Shown here piece by piece: positions 21,363 to 31,763 of a DNA stretch of 48,237 nucleotides. Each line of letters begins with the position of its first letter. The stretch's first letter is position 1. The notes below the pieces were generated by a model. That model ran no database searches, was not told the origin of the DNA, and saw nothing but the letters and a program-made list of their open reading frames with translations. A program made the position numbers and the translations under genes. Source of the DNA: Malassezia furfur (lineage: Eukaryota); the NCBI GenBank assembly GCA_052055015.1, contig JBQJIT010000032.1, one strand, 5' to 3'.

Positions 21363-23631
21363 CTACGCGGCAAGAGCCGCGTCACGCCACACCTCCAGCT
21401 GGTCGAGCCGTGCAACGTGCGCGGCGTCGTCCGCGGCACTGTCGTCCGCAGGCGCGCCGAGCGCGTCGTCGTCGTCGTCGGGGCGCACGACGCGCGCGCC
21501 CGGCGCATGCCCGGGCGCCGCAATCGCCAGGCCCTCTTCGTTCGCGAGGTGCAGCAGGCAGATGAAGCAGAACGACGTGCTGATCTCCTCCAGCTTCTGC
21601 TTAGGGTACACGGCCGGCAGCTCGCTCAGCACGCGCCCGAACGACGTCGCCTCGTGCGCGTCGGGCGGCAGATGCAGATGCTCCCAGATGTTGTCCTTGA
21701 GCAGCTTGATGTCGACCTGCTTGGCGCGCTTGGCGTGCTCAATGTACTCGGGCCGCACGCGGCGCAGCGTGTCAAACGCCAGGCCTTCGTCGTCGCTCTC
21801 GTCGAGCTCGGGTGCGGGCGCATCGAGCGCCGCGGCCGGCAGCACATCGTCGTACAGATCACCGCCGTCCTGGAACAGGTCCGGTACAAAACCGTCGTCG
21901 CCGTCCGCACCAGGTGCGACCCACGCATCGTCGTCCTCGATGCCGTTTAGCACACTCGACGCCCGCGGCCGGGAGCGCAGCAAGATGGTCGCCTTGGGCT
22001 TCAAAAAGAGGCGCAATAGCCGCTTCGAGTTGAAGTGCTGGTCATCCGGCAGCAGGTGCGTCGACGTGTCGCTGCGTGCCGCCCGCGTCATCGAGATGCT
22101 GGCCGGCGTCGCACTCGGCGCAAACAGCGTCTGTACGGGCTTGTCCTGGTCGGTGGCCAGGAAATCGATCGTCTGCGCTTCCTTGCGCCGGCGCGGCCGA
22201 TCAGGCTCGCTCGGCGCCGCGCTTTCGGCACGGCGCTCGCGCTGTGCAGCAGTCGCCAGGTTCAGGCGGCTCATCTTCCAGTGCTCGGGGCCCGCCCAGT
22301 TCTTTTTCATGCGGTTGTCGAAGTAGTCGAACAACACGTCGTGGTCGCCCTGCGACGTCGGTGCCGTGGGCTGCTCGTCCGACGGGTGCACAAATGCGAC
22401 GCCCAGCTCGCGGTCATCTTCGCCTGCGCCCGCACCGCTCAGCGCGTCAGGGCCGTCGAAAAAGTCGAGTTCCTGCGACTGGTCCATCTGGTCGTCGGTG
22501 TCCATCGCCATGTCCAGATCGGGCAAATCGCCCATGCCCTCCTCTTCTTCGAGGTCCTGCAGCAGGGGGGGCTGTGCGTCGTTCCCAGACGCAAACGCAA
22601 ACGTCGACAGCGACGGGCACAGCACACGCGACTGCAGCACGGCGTCGAGCTGCTCCTCGGCAGGAATGCCTGACAAGTCGACATTTGCCGCATCCAGCAG
22701 CATCGCCCGTATCGCGTCGACCGGGAACGTCGCGGTAGATGCCTCGTTGTGCGGCTCGGAGAGCATCGAGACATCGTCCTCCGCATCGTTCGCCACGGCA
22801 CTGGTGTCGGCAGAGGACTCGCGCACAGGATCGGCTCCGTCCTGTGCGGGCTCTGCGGCCCCGTCATCCTTGGCCCCCGCAACGTCCGATGAGTCAAACA
22901 CCACCTTCATCGTGTCATCCACGTGCAAGTGGTTCATCAGCAGGCCCCCAGCGCCGCCCTCGTCAAAGTCGGCGCTCGTCTTTTTGAACAGTGGGTCCAC
23001 CGAGAATTCGAGGTCGAAGCGCTTCACCTGCAGCTGTGAAAAGTTCTTGGCAAGGGTCGCTTCGCGAGCGCGCCGGTTCTTGCGCGCGGCACGCGGCGCG
23101 TCGTCGTCGTCGCCGTCGGCATCGTCGTCCGACCCGGCGGCCTCTGCAGACGGCGCATCGTCTTGCGCCAAGCTCTCGTTCTCGTCCTGGAGACCGCTCA
23201 GAAGGCGTCCAGTCTCCGCCATTACGCTGTCCACGCGGCTCGTCCATACCTTGACGCACCCATCCAGCGTACACGACGCCTTTTGGAAATTGATCGAGCC
23301 GTCACCCGACTCGGAGCGCAGCAGCGACATGTCATGGAAGTAGTCGATGAGCGCAAATGACCATGTGTTGCTAGCATTGATTTTCTGTGTGAGTGGAAGT
23401 GCATACATTGTCGGTGGCCATCTTCATCCATTCTTCAAAGCTCGTGTTGTCCACTTGCAGGGCCGACACCGAACTTGCGCCGAGGTCGGCTGTGCGCGGC
23501 TGTGACCGCGCCAGTCCCTGTGAGACAATTCGCCGACCTGCCCCGGATGCAGTGCGCATGCTCTGCGAGGCATCACGTCGCGAGTCCTTGCGCCCTGCGG
23601 CAGGGCCGCTCGGCGCGCGGAACGGCAGCAT
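21363..23631 (-). CDS. BRN1: Condensin kleisin subunit Brn1/Cnd2 (CAP-H)
   Basis: FEEWMKMATDN|KINASNTWSFALIDYF across a 22-nt intron (23385-23406), plus NFQKASCTLDGCVKVW, DPLFKKTSADFDEGGA, WAGPEHWK and FICLLHLANE. Confidence 0.95.
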
Positions 23632-23680
23632 AGTCAACAGTCGTCGCCTCCACGCGTCGAGTGTTGTTGGGCTGAGTTCG

Positions 23681-23696
23681 CACGTGGCTTCACGTG
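23681..23696. promoter_or_regulatory. Tandem CACGTG E-boxes in the BRN1/DGA1 divergent promoter
   Basis: CACGTG at 23681 and 23691. An MCB-like ACGCGT lies at 23652. Confidence 0.55.
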
Positions 23697-23725
23697 GGGC
23701 GCACGGACATAAGAGGTTAGCTACC

Positions 23726-24847
23726 ATGGCAGTACCCGAGCCGACGGTGGATAAGCTCGAGCGGGAGAAGAAGATCAATGTAATCACCCATGCGGACAAG
23801 CAGCGGCCCTTGTTCAAGTGCTTGTTCCAATCGCTCGCCGTGTTTCATTGGATCCTGATGCCGTCCTTGTGCTTGTGCGTTTTCTGCTTGCTCTGGTACG
23901 TGCGCTGCTCACCCAGCACCATCCCTCCGTTGTGGTTTATCACAATCCCCTACGTGATTTGGTCGCTATGGATTGACGACGCGCCTAGCACTGGAAAACG
24001 ACGGTCCATGTGGTTCCGCCGGCTGTTTCTCATGCGGCTGATGCGGAACTATTTTCCGATTACACTCGAGCGTACGGTTCCGCTCCCAGCAGACCGTCCA
24101 TACTTGTTCGGATACCATCCGCATGGGATCATCGGGCTCGGCGCTGTGGTCTCGTTTGGATCTGAGGCATGTGGCATCGCACAAAAGTTGCCTGGCATCG
24201 TGCCGAGAGTGCTGACGCTGGCATCCAACTTCAATATGCCACTCTACCGCGAATATCTCATGCTGCTCGGTTTTGGGTCCGTGTCGCGTGAATCTTGCGA
24301 GACTCTGCTAAGCCAAGGGCCTGGTAGCGCCATCCTTATCGTTGTGGGCGGCGCGCAGGAGAGTCTGAATGCGCGGCCAGGCGAGATGGATCTCACGCTG
24401 AAGAACCGCAAGGGGTTCGTGCGTGTTGCAATGCGTACGGGGTATGTTGCACTACTGACACAGCGCCGACCTCGTGCCGACCATTGGGTTCGGCGAGAAC
24501 GATATTTACAAACAGGCAGACAACCATGAGGGGAGCTGGCTGTACAGTCTGCAGCAACACGTAAAGCGCCTTGCAGGCTTTACTATACCCATCATTGAAG
24601 GACGTGGTCTCTTCCACGCATCATTTGGATGGATGCCGTACCAGCGGCCTATTAACGTCATTATTGGCGAACCGGTTCAGGTAACCCACACCAAGGAACC
24701 AACCGACGAGGAAGTGGATGCAATGCACGAACGTTATGTCCAGGCCTTGATCAAGTACGTCGTTTGCGCGTCTAACCTTACAGACTTTACGAAGCGCATA
24801 AGGACGAGCTGCTGCCCGACCGGCTCAACGAGTTGCATCTAGAATAA
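23726..24847 (+). CDS. DGA1: Diacylglycerol O-acyltransferase (DGAT2 family)
   Basis: YFP, GYHPHG, VVGGAQE, RKGFVRVA and ADLVPTIGFGEND. Introns are 23896-23916, 24442-24463 and 24755-24783. Confidence 0.92.
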
Positions 24848-24879
24848 AATGCAAGTGGAGGTAGCTTTCAGTTAGTCGT

Positions 24880-25950
24880 ATGCCGGACAGTGCGCCGTTC
24901 GCGTACCTGACGTTGATCCGTCATGCTGAATCACGCGCTAACGTCGAGCGGGTGCTGCAAGGTGTAACGGATGCACCCTTGTCTTTGCGTGGTGACGAGC
25001 AGCTTCAAGCCCTGGAAGCGGCGTGGAGGGTACAGGAGGATGCGCCGAATGCATTTGGATTGCCCTCCCCACACCTTGTCGTGGCTAGTCCCATTGGCCG
25101 TGCACACAGAACGGGACAAGCAGTTGCGCGGGGATGTGGACTGCATGACACACAGCTTGGGGACCTCACGTTTCGGTCACCCCCTGCAGAGCCTCCTGCA
25201 ATCCAAAGACACACTGCACTCCTAATCGATTCGGGGCTATCTGAACGCAATTTTGGGTCGGCGGAATGCACACGCAAGGGTCAGCTGGTTCCAGGCTACG
25301 CAAAACCTCGCGCGAGCGAGATTGGACGCGCTGACACGCACACATCGTTTCATAAAAAGGTGACGCGCGCAGGCGAAAAGTGGTTGCAGTGGCTTGTCGC
25401 AGTCGCAGAGCAGGCCAGTCAGCCCAAACCAGACGCTACTCCACTACATGATTCGACGGCAGAGGCCAACGCTGAGGCGTCCCGGGAGGCCACCCCTCAA
25501 GAAGAGGCCGCTGCGTCGCGAGAGGCGACGCCCGAAGCGGATGGCCGTGCTGCGCCAGTCACCGAGCTCGCAGAGGATACAGTCGCACAACCCCCTACCA
25601 CGGAGCGGGCCGAGGAGGGTACGTCGACGAGCACGGTGCGCGCTCCTTTTGGCGCTTCGGATCCGCCCCATCTCGTGCTGGTCTCGCACGGTCAGTGGAT
25701 CCACACATTCCTACAAGCCACGATACCCGAGCTACGCGATACATTCTATGTGCGGAGCTCCAACACTGGTGTGTTCACGCTCGCGCTGCACAAGCAGCCA
25801 CAAGGACGCCCGCGACTACGCGTCGTGCACCACGATGACACGCGGCATTTGGGTGTGGAGGCGCGGCCGACGAAAAAACGCGCCGTGCAGCGCACGACCC
25901 TCGACGGGCTTTGGCGCGCGTCTGGAAATAAATCCACAGCGGGTAAATAG
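24880..25950 (+). CDS. Histidine phosphatase superfamily (phosphoglycerate mutase-like) protein
   Basis: LIRHAES, G..D.PLS.RG, ASPIGRA, L.ERNFG and LVSHG motifs, with a low-complexity insertion containing a duplicated ASREATP. Confidence 0.85.
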   Translation: MPDSAPFAYLTLIRHAESRANVERVLQGVTDAPLSLRGDEQLQALEAAWRVQEDAPNAFGLPSPHLVVASPIGRAHRTGQAVARGCGLHDTQLGDLTFRSPPAEPPAIQRHTALLIDSGLSERNFGSAECTRKGQLVPGYAKPRASEIGRADTHTSFHKKVTRAGEKWLQWLVAVAEQASQPKPDATPLHDSTAEANAEASREATPQEEAAASREATPEADGRAAPVTELAEDTVAQPPTTERAEEGTSTSTVRAPFGASDPPHLVLVSHGQWIHTFLQATIPELRDTFYVRSSNTGVFTLALHKQPQGRPRLRVVHHDDTRHLGVEARPTKKRAVQRTTLDGLWRASGNKSTAGK

Positions 25951-25990
25951 GGTACACCACAGCCCGCAGTAAATTTTTCTCATCGCGACG

Positions 25991-28093
25991 ATGCGCTTTG
26001 GTGTGTGGGTGTCCGTGGCTCTGTGCCTGGCTGTGTGCCAGGTCGCGGCGTATACGTACGACAATGAAGGTCGTGCGGTTCCGACACCGGAGGAGCTTGA
26101 CATCATGCTCCCCAAGAACAAGCGCCGCACGCTGCAAGAGACGATCCTCGAAGCTCGTTGGACGGAGGACGTGAAGAGCGCGCTGACGCGTCGCTGGAAC
26201 CCGTCGGGCTCGTATGCGCCGTCGAACGTTGCTTGCCCCCCCCTCCCCGAAGGCAGCAACTACCAGGGCTACATCCGCAACGCGCTCAACAACGAGATTG
26301 GCCCCCAGGAACAGGACTACCTCACCCGTCACCGCAACCAGACGCGCTCGGGCTGGCAGGACTGGCTGTCGCGTGCGCAGCTGGACGGAAACGGTGGCAT
26401 TGATGGTGGTGTCGAGCAGTTCCTCTCGCAGCACCAGCCCATCGTGGGCTTCGCGGTGAGCGGTGGTGGCTACCGCGCGATGCTGCACGGTATGGGTGTT
26501 GCCCAGGGCTTTGACGGCCGCAACGATACGGCGAACCAGCGCGGTGTGGGTGGTCTGCTGCAGCTCGCGGATTACTTTGCTGGTCTTTCGGGTGGTTCTT
26601 GGTGCACGGGCTCGATGGCGATCAACAACTGGGCCACGGCGCAGGACATGCTGGCCTACCTGAACCTCAAAGAGAACCTTGTCCTCCCCGAGGATGGCAA
26701 GACGAAGCTCTACATTGACCTGTTCCGCGACACGGACGACAAGAAGGACGCTGGTTACCCCACGGCGATCACCGACTTCTGGGGCCGTGCGTTGTCTTAC
26801 CACCTGCTGAACCGCTCGACGTTCCCCAATGAGGGCCAGGCGACAACCTTCTCGGACATCGTGAACGCGACCAACTTCAAGAACGCCGCATACCCCTTCC
26901 CGATTGCGCTCGCGATTGGCCGTCAGCCGAAGGAGGTGATGATCAACCCCAATGCGACGTACTTTGAGTGGAACCCGTACGAGTTCGGCTCGTGGCAGCC
27001 CGAGTTTGAGGCATTTGTGCCCACCGGCTACGTCGGCACCAACCTGAACAACGGCGAGGTCGCGTCGCAGGACAAGACGTGTGTGGCAGGCTTTGAAAAC
27101 TTTGGCTTCGTGGTCGGCTCGAGCAGCACGCTGTTCAACGCGGCCTATCTGCAGCTGCTCAACTCGAACTCGACCAAGATCTCGTCGGACATCATTAAGT
27201 CGGTGCTGTCCGACCTGATGCACGAGCAGAACGACGTGGCGGAGGTGCCGAACCCGTTCAAGGGCTACTCGCCGAATGGCAACGGTGACAACAACCACTT
27301 CCTCTCGGAAGATTATGTCGACCTGGTCGACGGTGGTGAGGCGAACCAAAACATTCCGTTCGAGCCGCTTATCCAGCCGGCACGGAACCTCGACCTGATC
27401 CTCGCCGTGGACGGCTCGGGCGACACCTCCAACTGGCCGAACGGCAGTAGTCTCATGGAGACGGAGAAGCGCATGAACATGTCCATGTTCAGCAGCGTGA
27501 AGTTCCCCAGGGTGCCCGACATGAACACGATGGTCAACCAAGGCCTCAACACGCGCCCGACCTTCTTTGGGTGCCAGGAGCAAGGCACCAATGTGAACAA
27601 CACGCCGCCGATCGTCGTGTACTTGCCGAGCTACCCCTACTCCTACTTCTCGAACAAGAGCACCTATCAGCTCGAGTACGATAACGACGACGCTCAGCTG
27701 TTTGTGGACAACAGTGTGAACGTCTCGACGATGGGCGGCGCAATGGACGACTGGCACACGTGCCTGGCGTGTGCGATTGTGCAGCGCGGCCTGTTGCGCA
27801 CCAACAAGGCGTTCCCGGAGAAGTGCCAGACGTGCTACTCCAAGTACTGCTGGAACGGCGAATATAACACGACCAAGCCCGGTAACTACACACCGCCGAT
27901 CGGCTTGCCCGCCTTCATCACGTCGAACGGCTCGGAGCTCACGGAGCCGCCCGTGACGGGCAGCAACGAGAGCGCTGGCAGCGCGATCGACAGCTTCTTC
28001 GGTGACGGCGCCGCGGGCCTCACCGAGGGCATTCCCCGCACGCTTGCCCTGGCGGCCTTGACCACTATCACCGCGGCGTTTGCGCTGCTCTAG
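25991..28093 (+). CDS. PLB1: Secreted/GPI-anchored lysophospholipase (phospholipase B)
   Basis: Signal peptide, SGGGYRAM, GLSGGSW nucleophile motif, LVDGGE and a hydrophobic C-terminal GPI-type signal. Confidence 0.93.
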   Translation: MRFGVWVSVALCLAVCQVAAYTYDNEGRAVPTPEELDIMLPKNKRRTLQETILEARWTEDVKSALTRRWNPSGSYAPSNVACPPLPEGSNYQGYIRNALNNEIGPQEQDYLTRHRNQTRSGWQDWLSRAQLDGNGGIDGGVEQFLSQHQPIVGFAVSGGGYRAMLHGMGVAQGFDGRNDTANQRGVGGLLQLADYFAGLSGGSWCTGSMAINNWATAQDMLAYLNLKENLVLPEDGKTKLYIDLFRDTDDKKDAGYPTAITDFWGRALSYHLLNRSTFPNEGQATTFSDIVNATNFKNAAYPFPIALAIGRQPKEVMINPNATYFEWNPYEFGSWQPEFEAFVPTGYVGTNLNNGEVASQDKTCVAGFENFGFVVGSSSTLFNAAYLQLLNSNSTKISSDIIKSVLSDLMHEQNDVAEVPNPFKGYSPNGNGDNNHFLSEDYVDLVDGGEANQNIPFEPLIQPARNLDLILAVDGSGDTSNWPNGSSLMETEKRMNMSMFSSVKFPRVPDMNTMVNQGLNTRPTFFGCQEQGTNVNNTPPIVVYLPSYPYSYFSNKSTYQLEYDNDDAQLFVDNSVNVSTMGGAMDDWHTCLACAIVQRGLLRTNKAFPEKCQTCYSKYCWNGEYNTTKPGNYTPPIGLPAFITSNGSELTEPPVTGSNESAGSAIDSFFGDGAAGLTEGIPRTLALAALTTITAAFALL

Positions 28094-28132
28094 ACAGCTA
28101 GCATTGGCTCGTAGTACAGACGTTTTGCTAAT

Positions 28133-30190
28133 CTAGTCGCGCTTCGCACGTGTGTCCAAAATCTCGCGGAACGCCTGCTGGGGAACCTGAACGCGGCCCA
28201 GGGACATGGCCTTGAGCCGCTTCTTGCCCTCCTTTTGCTTGTTGAGGTGCTTGAGCTTGCGCTCGTAGTGCCCGCCGTATAGGCCGGCCGTGACATCTTT
28301 GCGGTAGGCCCGCACCGTCTCGCTCGCCAGCACCTTGCTTCCGACGCATGCCTGGATCTTGATCTCAAACTGCTGCCGAGGGATGGCCGTCTTGAGCCGC
28401 TGTACCCACAGCCGCCCAAAGTAAGCCGCCTTGGAGCGGTGCAGCACGAGCTCGAGTGCATCCACGGGCGCTGAGGCTACCAGGAAGCGCAGCTTCACCA
28501 GATCAGACGCCTCGTAGTCGCCATCCTCGTAGTCGAACGAGGCGAAGCCCGAGCTGCGCGACTTGAGCTTGTCAAAGAACTGGGTCAGTACACAGACGTA
28601 CGTCGGTCACCACCTCGGCGAGCGGCAGTTTGTATTGCATGTGCACCTGCGCACCGCCGCCGGACGAGAACTCCGCGTCGACCTGCTCGCCGCGGTGCTC
28701 CGCACAGAGCTCCATCATCGCTCCCGTGTACTCCTCGGGGCACACAAGGGACCCGATCACAAACGGCTCCTCCATGAGCGCGACATGCGTCTTGCGGATT
28801 GACTCGTCGGGGAAGTCGACCGGGTTCGAGCACAGGACCTGCGTCCCATCGCGGTAGGTGATGCGGAACGGGACGGTGGGCGTCGTGACGAGAATCTCGT
28901 GCCCATACTCGTCCTCGAGCCGCTGCCGGAACACATCCAGGTGCAGTGTGCCGAGAAAGCCCAGGCGGTAGCCCTGCCCCAGTGCTGTCATCGACTCGCG
29001 CTGCATCGAAATGGACCGATCATTGATGGCCAGGCGCTGGATGGCATCCTCCAGCTTCAAGAAGTCCGACTTGTCCGTCGGAAAGATGCCCGCAAATACG
29101 GTAGGCAACGCAGGACGGAAGCCAGGCAAAGCCTCGACTTTTTCGCCGGCGCGGTAAAAGGTATCGCCGATGTTTGCTTCGTCTGTCTCTTTCATGTTGG
29201 TGATCATCCAGCCGACCTGGCCCTTGCGCAGAATGGGCGTCGAGACGGGCTCAGGGTTATTCACGCCGAGATCCAGCACCTCGTACCGCTTGCCCGTGTG
29301 ATGCGACACGACAGTGTCGCCTTTGCGCACGGCGCCATCGGCGATGCTCACCAGTGCAATCACACCTTTGTACCGGTCGTACCAGCTGTCAAACACGAGT
29401 GCACGGAAGCCGCGCGGCTCGCGCTGCGCAAGCGACTTGCCGTCCACGCCGGGCAGCGGCGCAGTACGTTCGACCAACGCATGGAGCACCGCATCGACGC
29501 CCTCGCCGGTCTTCGCGCTCACCAGAAGCGGCGCATGCCTTGGGTCGTCCATGTCCATCCCCAGCATGTCTGAGAGCTGTGAAATACAGCGGTCGGGGTC
29601 CGAGGCGGGCAGGTCAACCTTGTTCAGCACCGGAATCACCGTGAGGCCACACTGCGTCGCGATTTTGTACACCGAGATGGTCTGTGCCTGGATGCCCTGT
29701 GTCGCATCCACGACCAGGAGCGCCGACTGGCACACAGAAAGACTTCGGCGAACCTCATAGGCAAACTTCGTGAGTAAATAGCGGTACGTACGTCAACGTG
29801 TCCCGGTGTATCGATGAGGTTGAGTAGAATTGGAGGCAGGTGTTGCTTCTCTCGCTCGGGATCTTTGTAGAGCATGCTCACTGCCTGTGACTTGACGGTG
29901 ATGCCACGCTCGCGCTCAACTTTCAGCTTGTCAAGGACCTGCTTATTGGATCCGTCGCTCGGGATGGTATTTGTGCGCTCCAGCAGACGGTCGGCCAGCG
30001 TCGACTTGCCATGGTCGATGTGCGCAATGATCGAGAAACTTCGCGTTTCGTACAGGTCAAAGGGGATCTCCTGCTTCTTTCCGCACACGACAGGCGTCGT
30101 GTGCACGAAGCGCACGCCCATACACAGAGGCGGCCTGCCCACGCGCACCGCGTGCGCCAGGCCGCGGCATGCTCCACGCACGGCCGCCAT
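28133..30190 (-). CDS. GUF1: Mitochondrial translation factor Guf1 (LepA/EF-4)
   Basis: [39 protein letters not shown] (intron 29766-29791), GFLGTLH, VVTD|FFDKLKS (intron 28580-28601) and [11 protein letters not shown]. Confidence 0.95.
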
Positions 30191-30227
30191 GCGAGGAAAG
30201 ACGACAGCCCGATCCCGATCTACCTGT

Positions 30228-31474
30228 CTATGTTTTCGGCGGACGCTTCTTGATGTCCTCCGGGTTGACGGGGTGTATGAATACGTGCGCCTCGTTCGTC
30301 GCGTTCTGGTAGCCCTTGTGCCAATCGTAACCGACTGCGTAAGTAGAGTCAACGTACGTGCGTAGGCAAAAATACTCGAGTCCGCGTTGAAGGCCAACGC
30401 CGTGATTGGCAGGCGGTTGGGGTTGGTCTTGAACACCTCCTTGGGCGCCATCGACGAGCCTTTCGTTTCAAACACTGGGTCAGCCACAAACACTTACTTT
30501 TCAGACGCGTGCGGCTCGCCTTGCACCAGAAGCTGATTGAGCCGTCACCACCACCCGTCGCAAACGTGCCCTGCGAGTTGAACTTGATTGCATTGACGGG
30601 GAACAAGTGCGTCTCGTTCCGCGGCACGTCAGGGTGGTCCGCATTGGCGCGGCGGTGGCACCGGAAAGCAAACTTTTTCCTGAGGTCAGTGCGTGTGTAC
30701 GTACACGCGCCCATCCTTGGGGTCTGGCGGGTCGTGGAAGAAGTGCACAGCAACGCGGCCCTCGGTGCCGCCTAGTGCAAAGCCATCGCCCTCGGGGAGT
30801 GCGGCAAGCGAGCGCGACTGGTACTTGAGCGGACTGTCCATGCTCGCAACCTGAGCTGCCGTACCGGTCGCCTCGTTGCATTGGAACGCGACGATCTTCC
30901 GCTCCGCCGTCGCGACAATGATGATCAGACCAATGGTATCCATGCAATACACGCGCTCCGGCACGTCGAGCGACGTGATGAGCGTCGGCTGCGGGTCGAT
31001 TTTCCACAGCTTGACTGTTTTGTCCCAACTGCCCGTGACAAGCGCGCCGCCAAACGCGTGGATCCAGCACACGCAGCGTATTGTGTCGTTGTGTTGCGCA
31101 ACGACCGCGCACTGGTTGGTATTCAAGTCAAAGCACCGTGCGACTTTGTCGGCGCCGCCGGAGATGACTTTGCTGCCGTCGGCGTTGAAACACACGTCGA
31201 GCACTGGGCCCTCGTGCTGGTACTGCTGGTACGGCTGCACCGGTTGCGCATTGGTTTTGTCGATGCGGTAGATGCGGACGTAGCCATCCCAACTCGCCAC
31301 CGCCAGAACATCGGCCGTGGGGGAGAAGGCCAGGCTGGAGACCGTATCCGTGGGCCCAGGCACGACCTCAATATCTTGTTCACCGGATACACGCGCAGTA
31401 CCTGCGCCACCAGTGGTGGATGTCGCCGGGCGGGCGCCCCATCCACCTGTACTAGGAGTCTGGAAGAACGACAC
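30228..31474 (-). CDS. GLE2: WD40 mRNA export factor Gle2/Rae1 (predicted GTG start)
   Basis: [50 protein letters not shown] and YALGYDWHKG. Introns are 30680-30704, 30475-30497 and 30335-30357. The start codon is uncertain (see findings). Confidence 0.88.
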
Positions 31475-31680
31475 GATGGAGAATGCTGACAGCCTCCGCG
31501 AGCCGAGATCGCGCGCGCTCGGGCCCCGCGTGTGTGGGTGGCGTATTCGCAATATTTTTGCTCCGCCGCGTGGCCTCCACCGTTACCTATGTAATCACGT
31601 GCGGAATGTAGTTTTGCGTGGTAAGGGCGAAGGTCTGCTGCTCAGCGCTCCGCACCTCCGTCCTCAAGCTCTGGATCAAG

Positions 31681-31763
31681 GTGCGTATAGCGAGGCGCTT
31701 TGCGCGCCGGCGCAATCGAACAGGATACTAACACACCGCGTGCTATACGCGACGTATCTACAG
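31681..31763 (+). other. Predicted 5'UTR intron of RPL24 (83 nt) with a self-complementary donor
   Basis: GTGCGT donor after CAAG, TACTAAC at 31726-31732 and a CAG directly before ATG 31764. Confidence 0.7.

Noticed and set aside
25775..27757. 660-aa antisense ORF (likewise 32761-34569, 19404-21113, 37928-39166, 16033-17202)
   Set aside because: These mirror well-supported genes on the opposite strand, are expected from high GC3 codon bias and show no recognisable motifs.
31621..31645. Additional 25-nt 5'UTR intron (GTAAGG...CTCAG) upstream of RPL24
   Set aside because: No convincing branch site, and it may lie upstream of the TSS.
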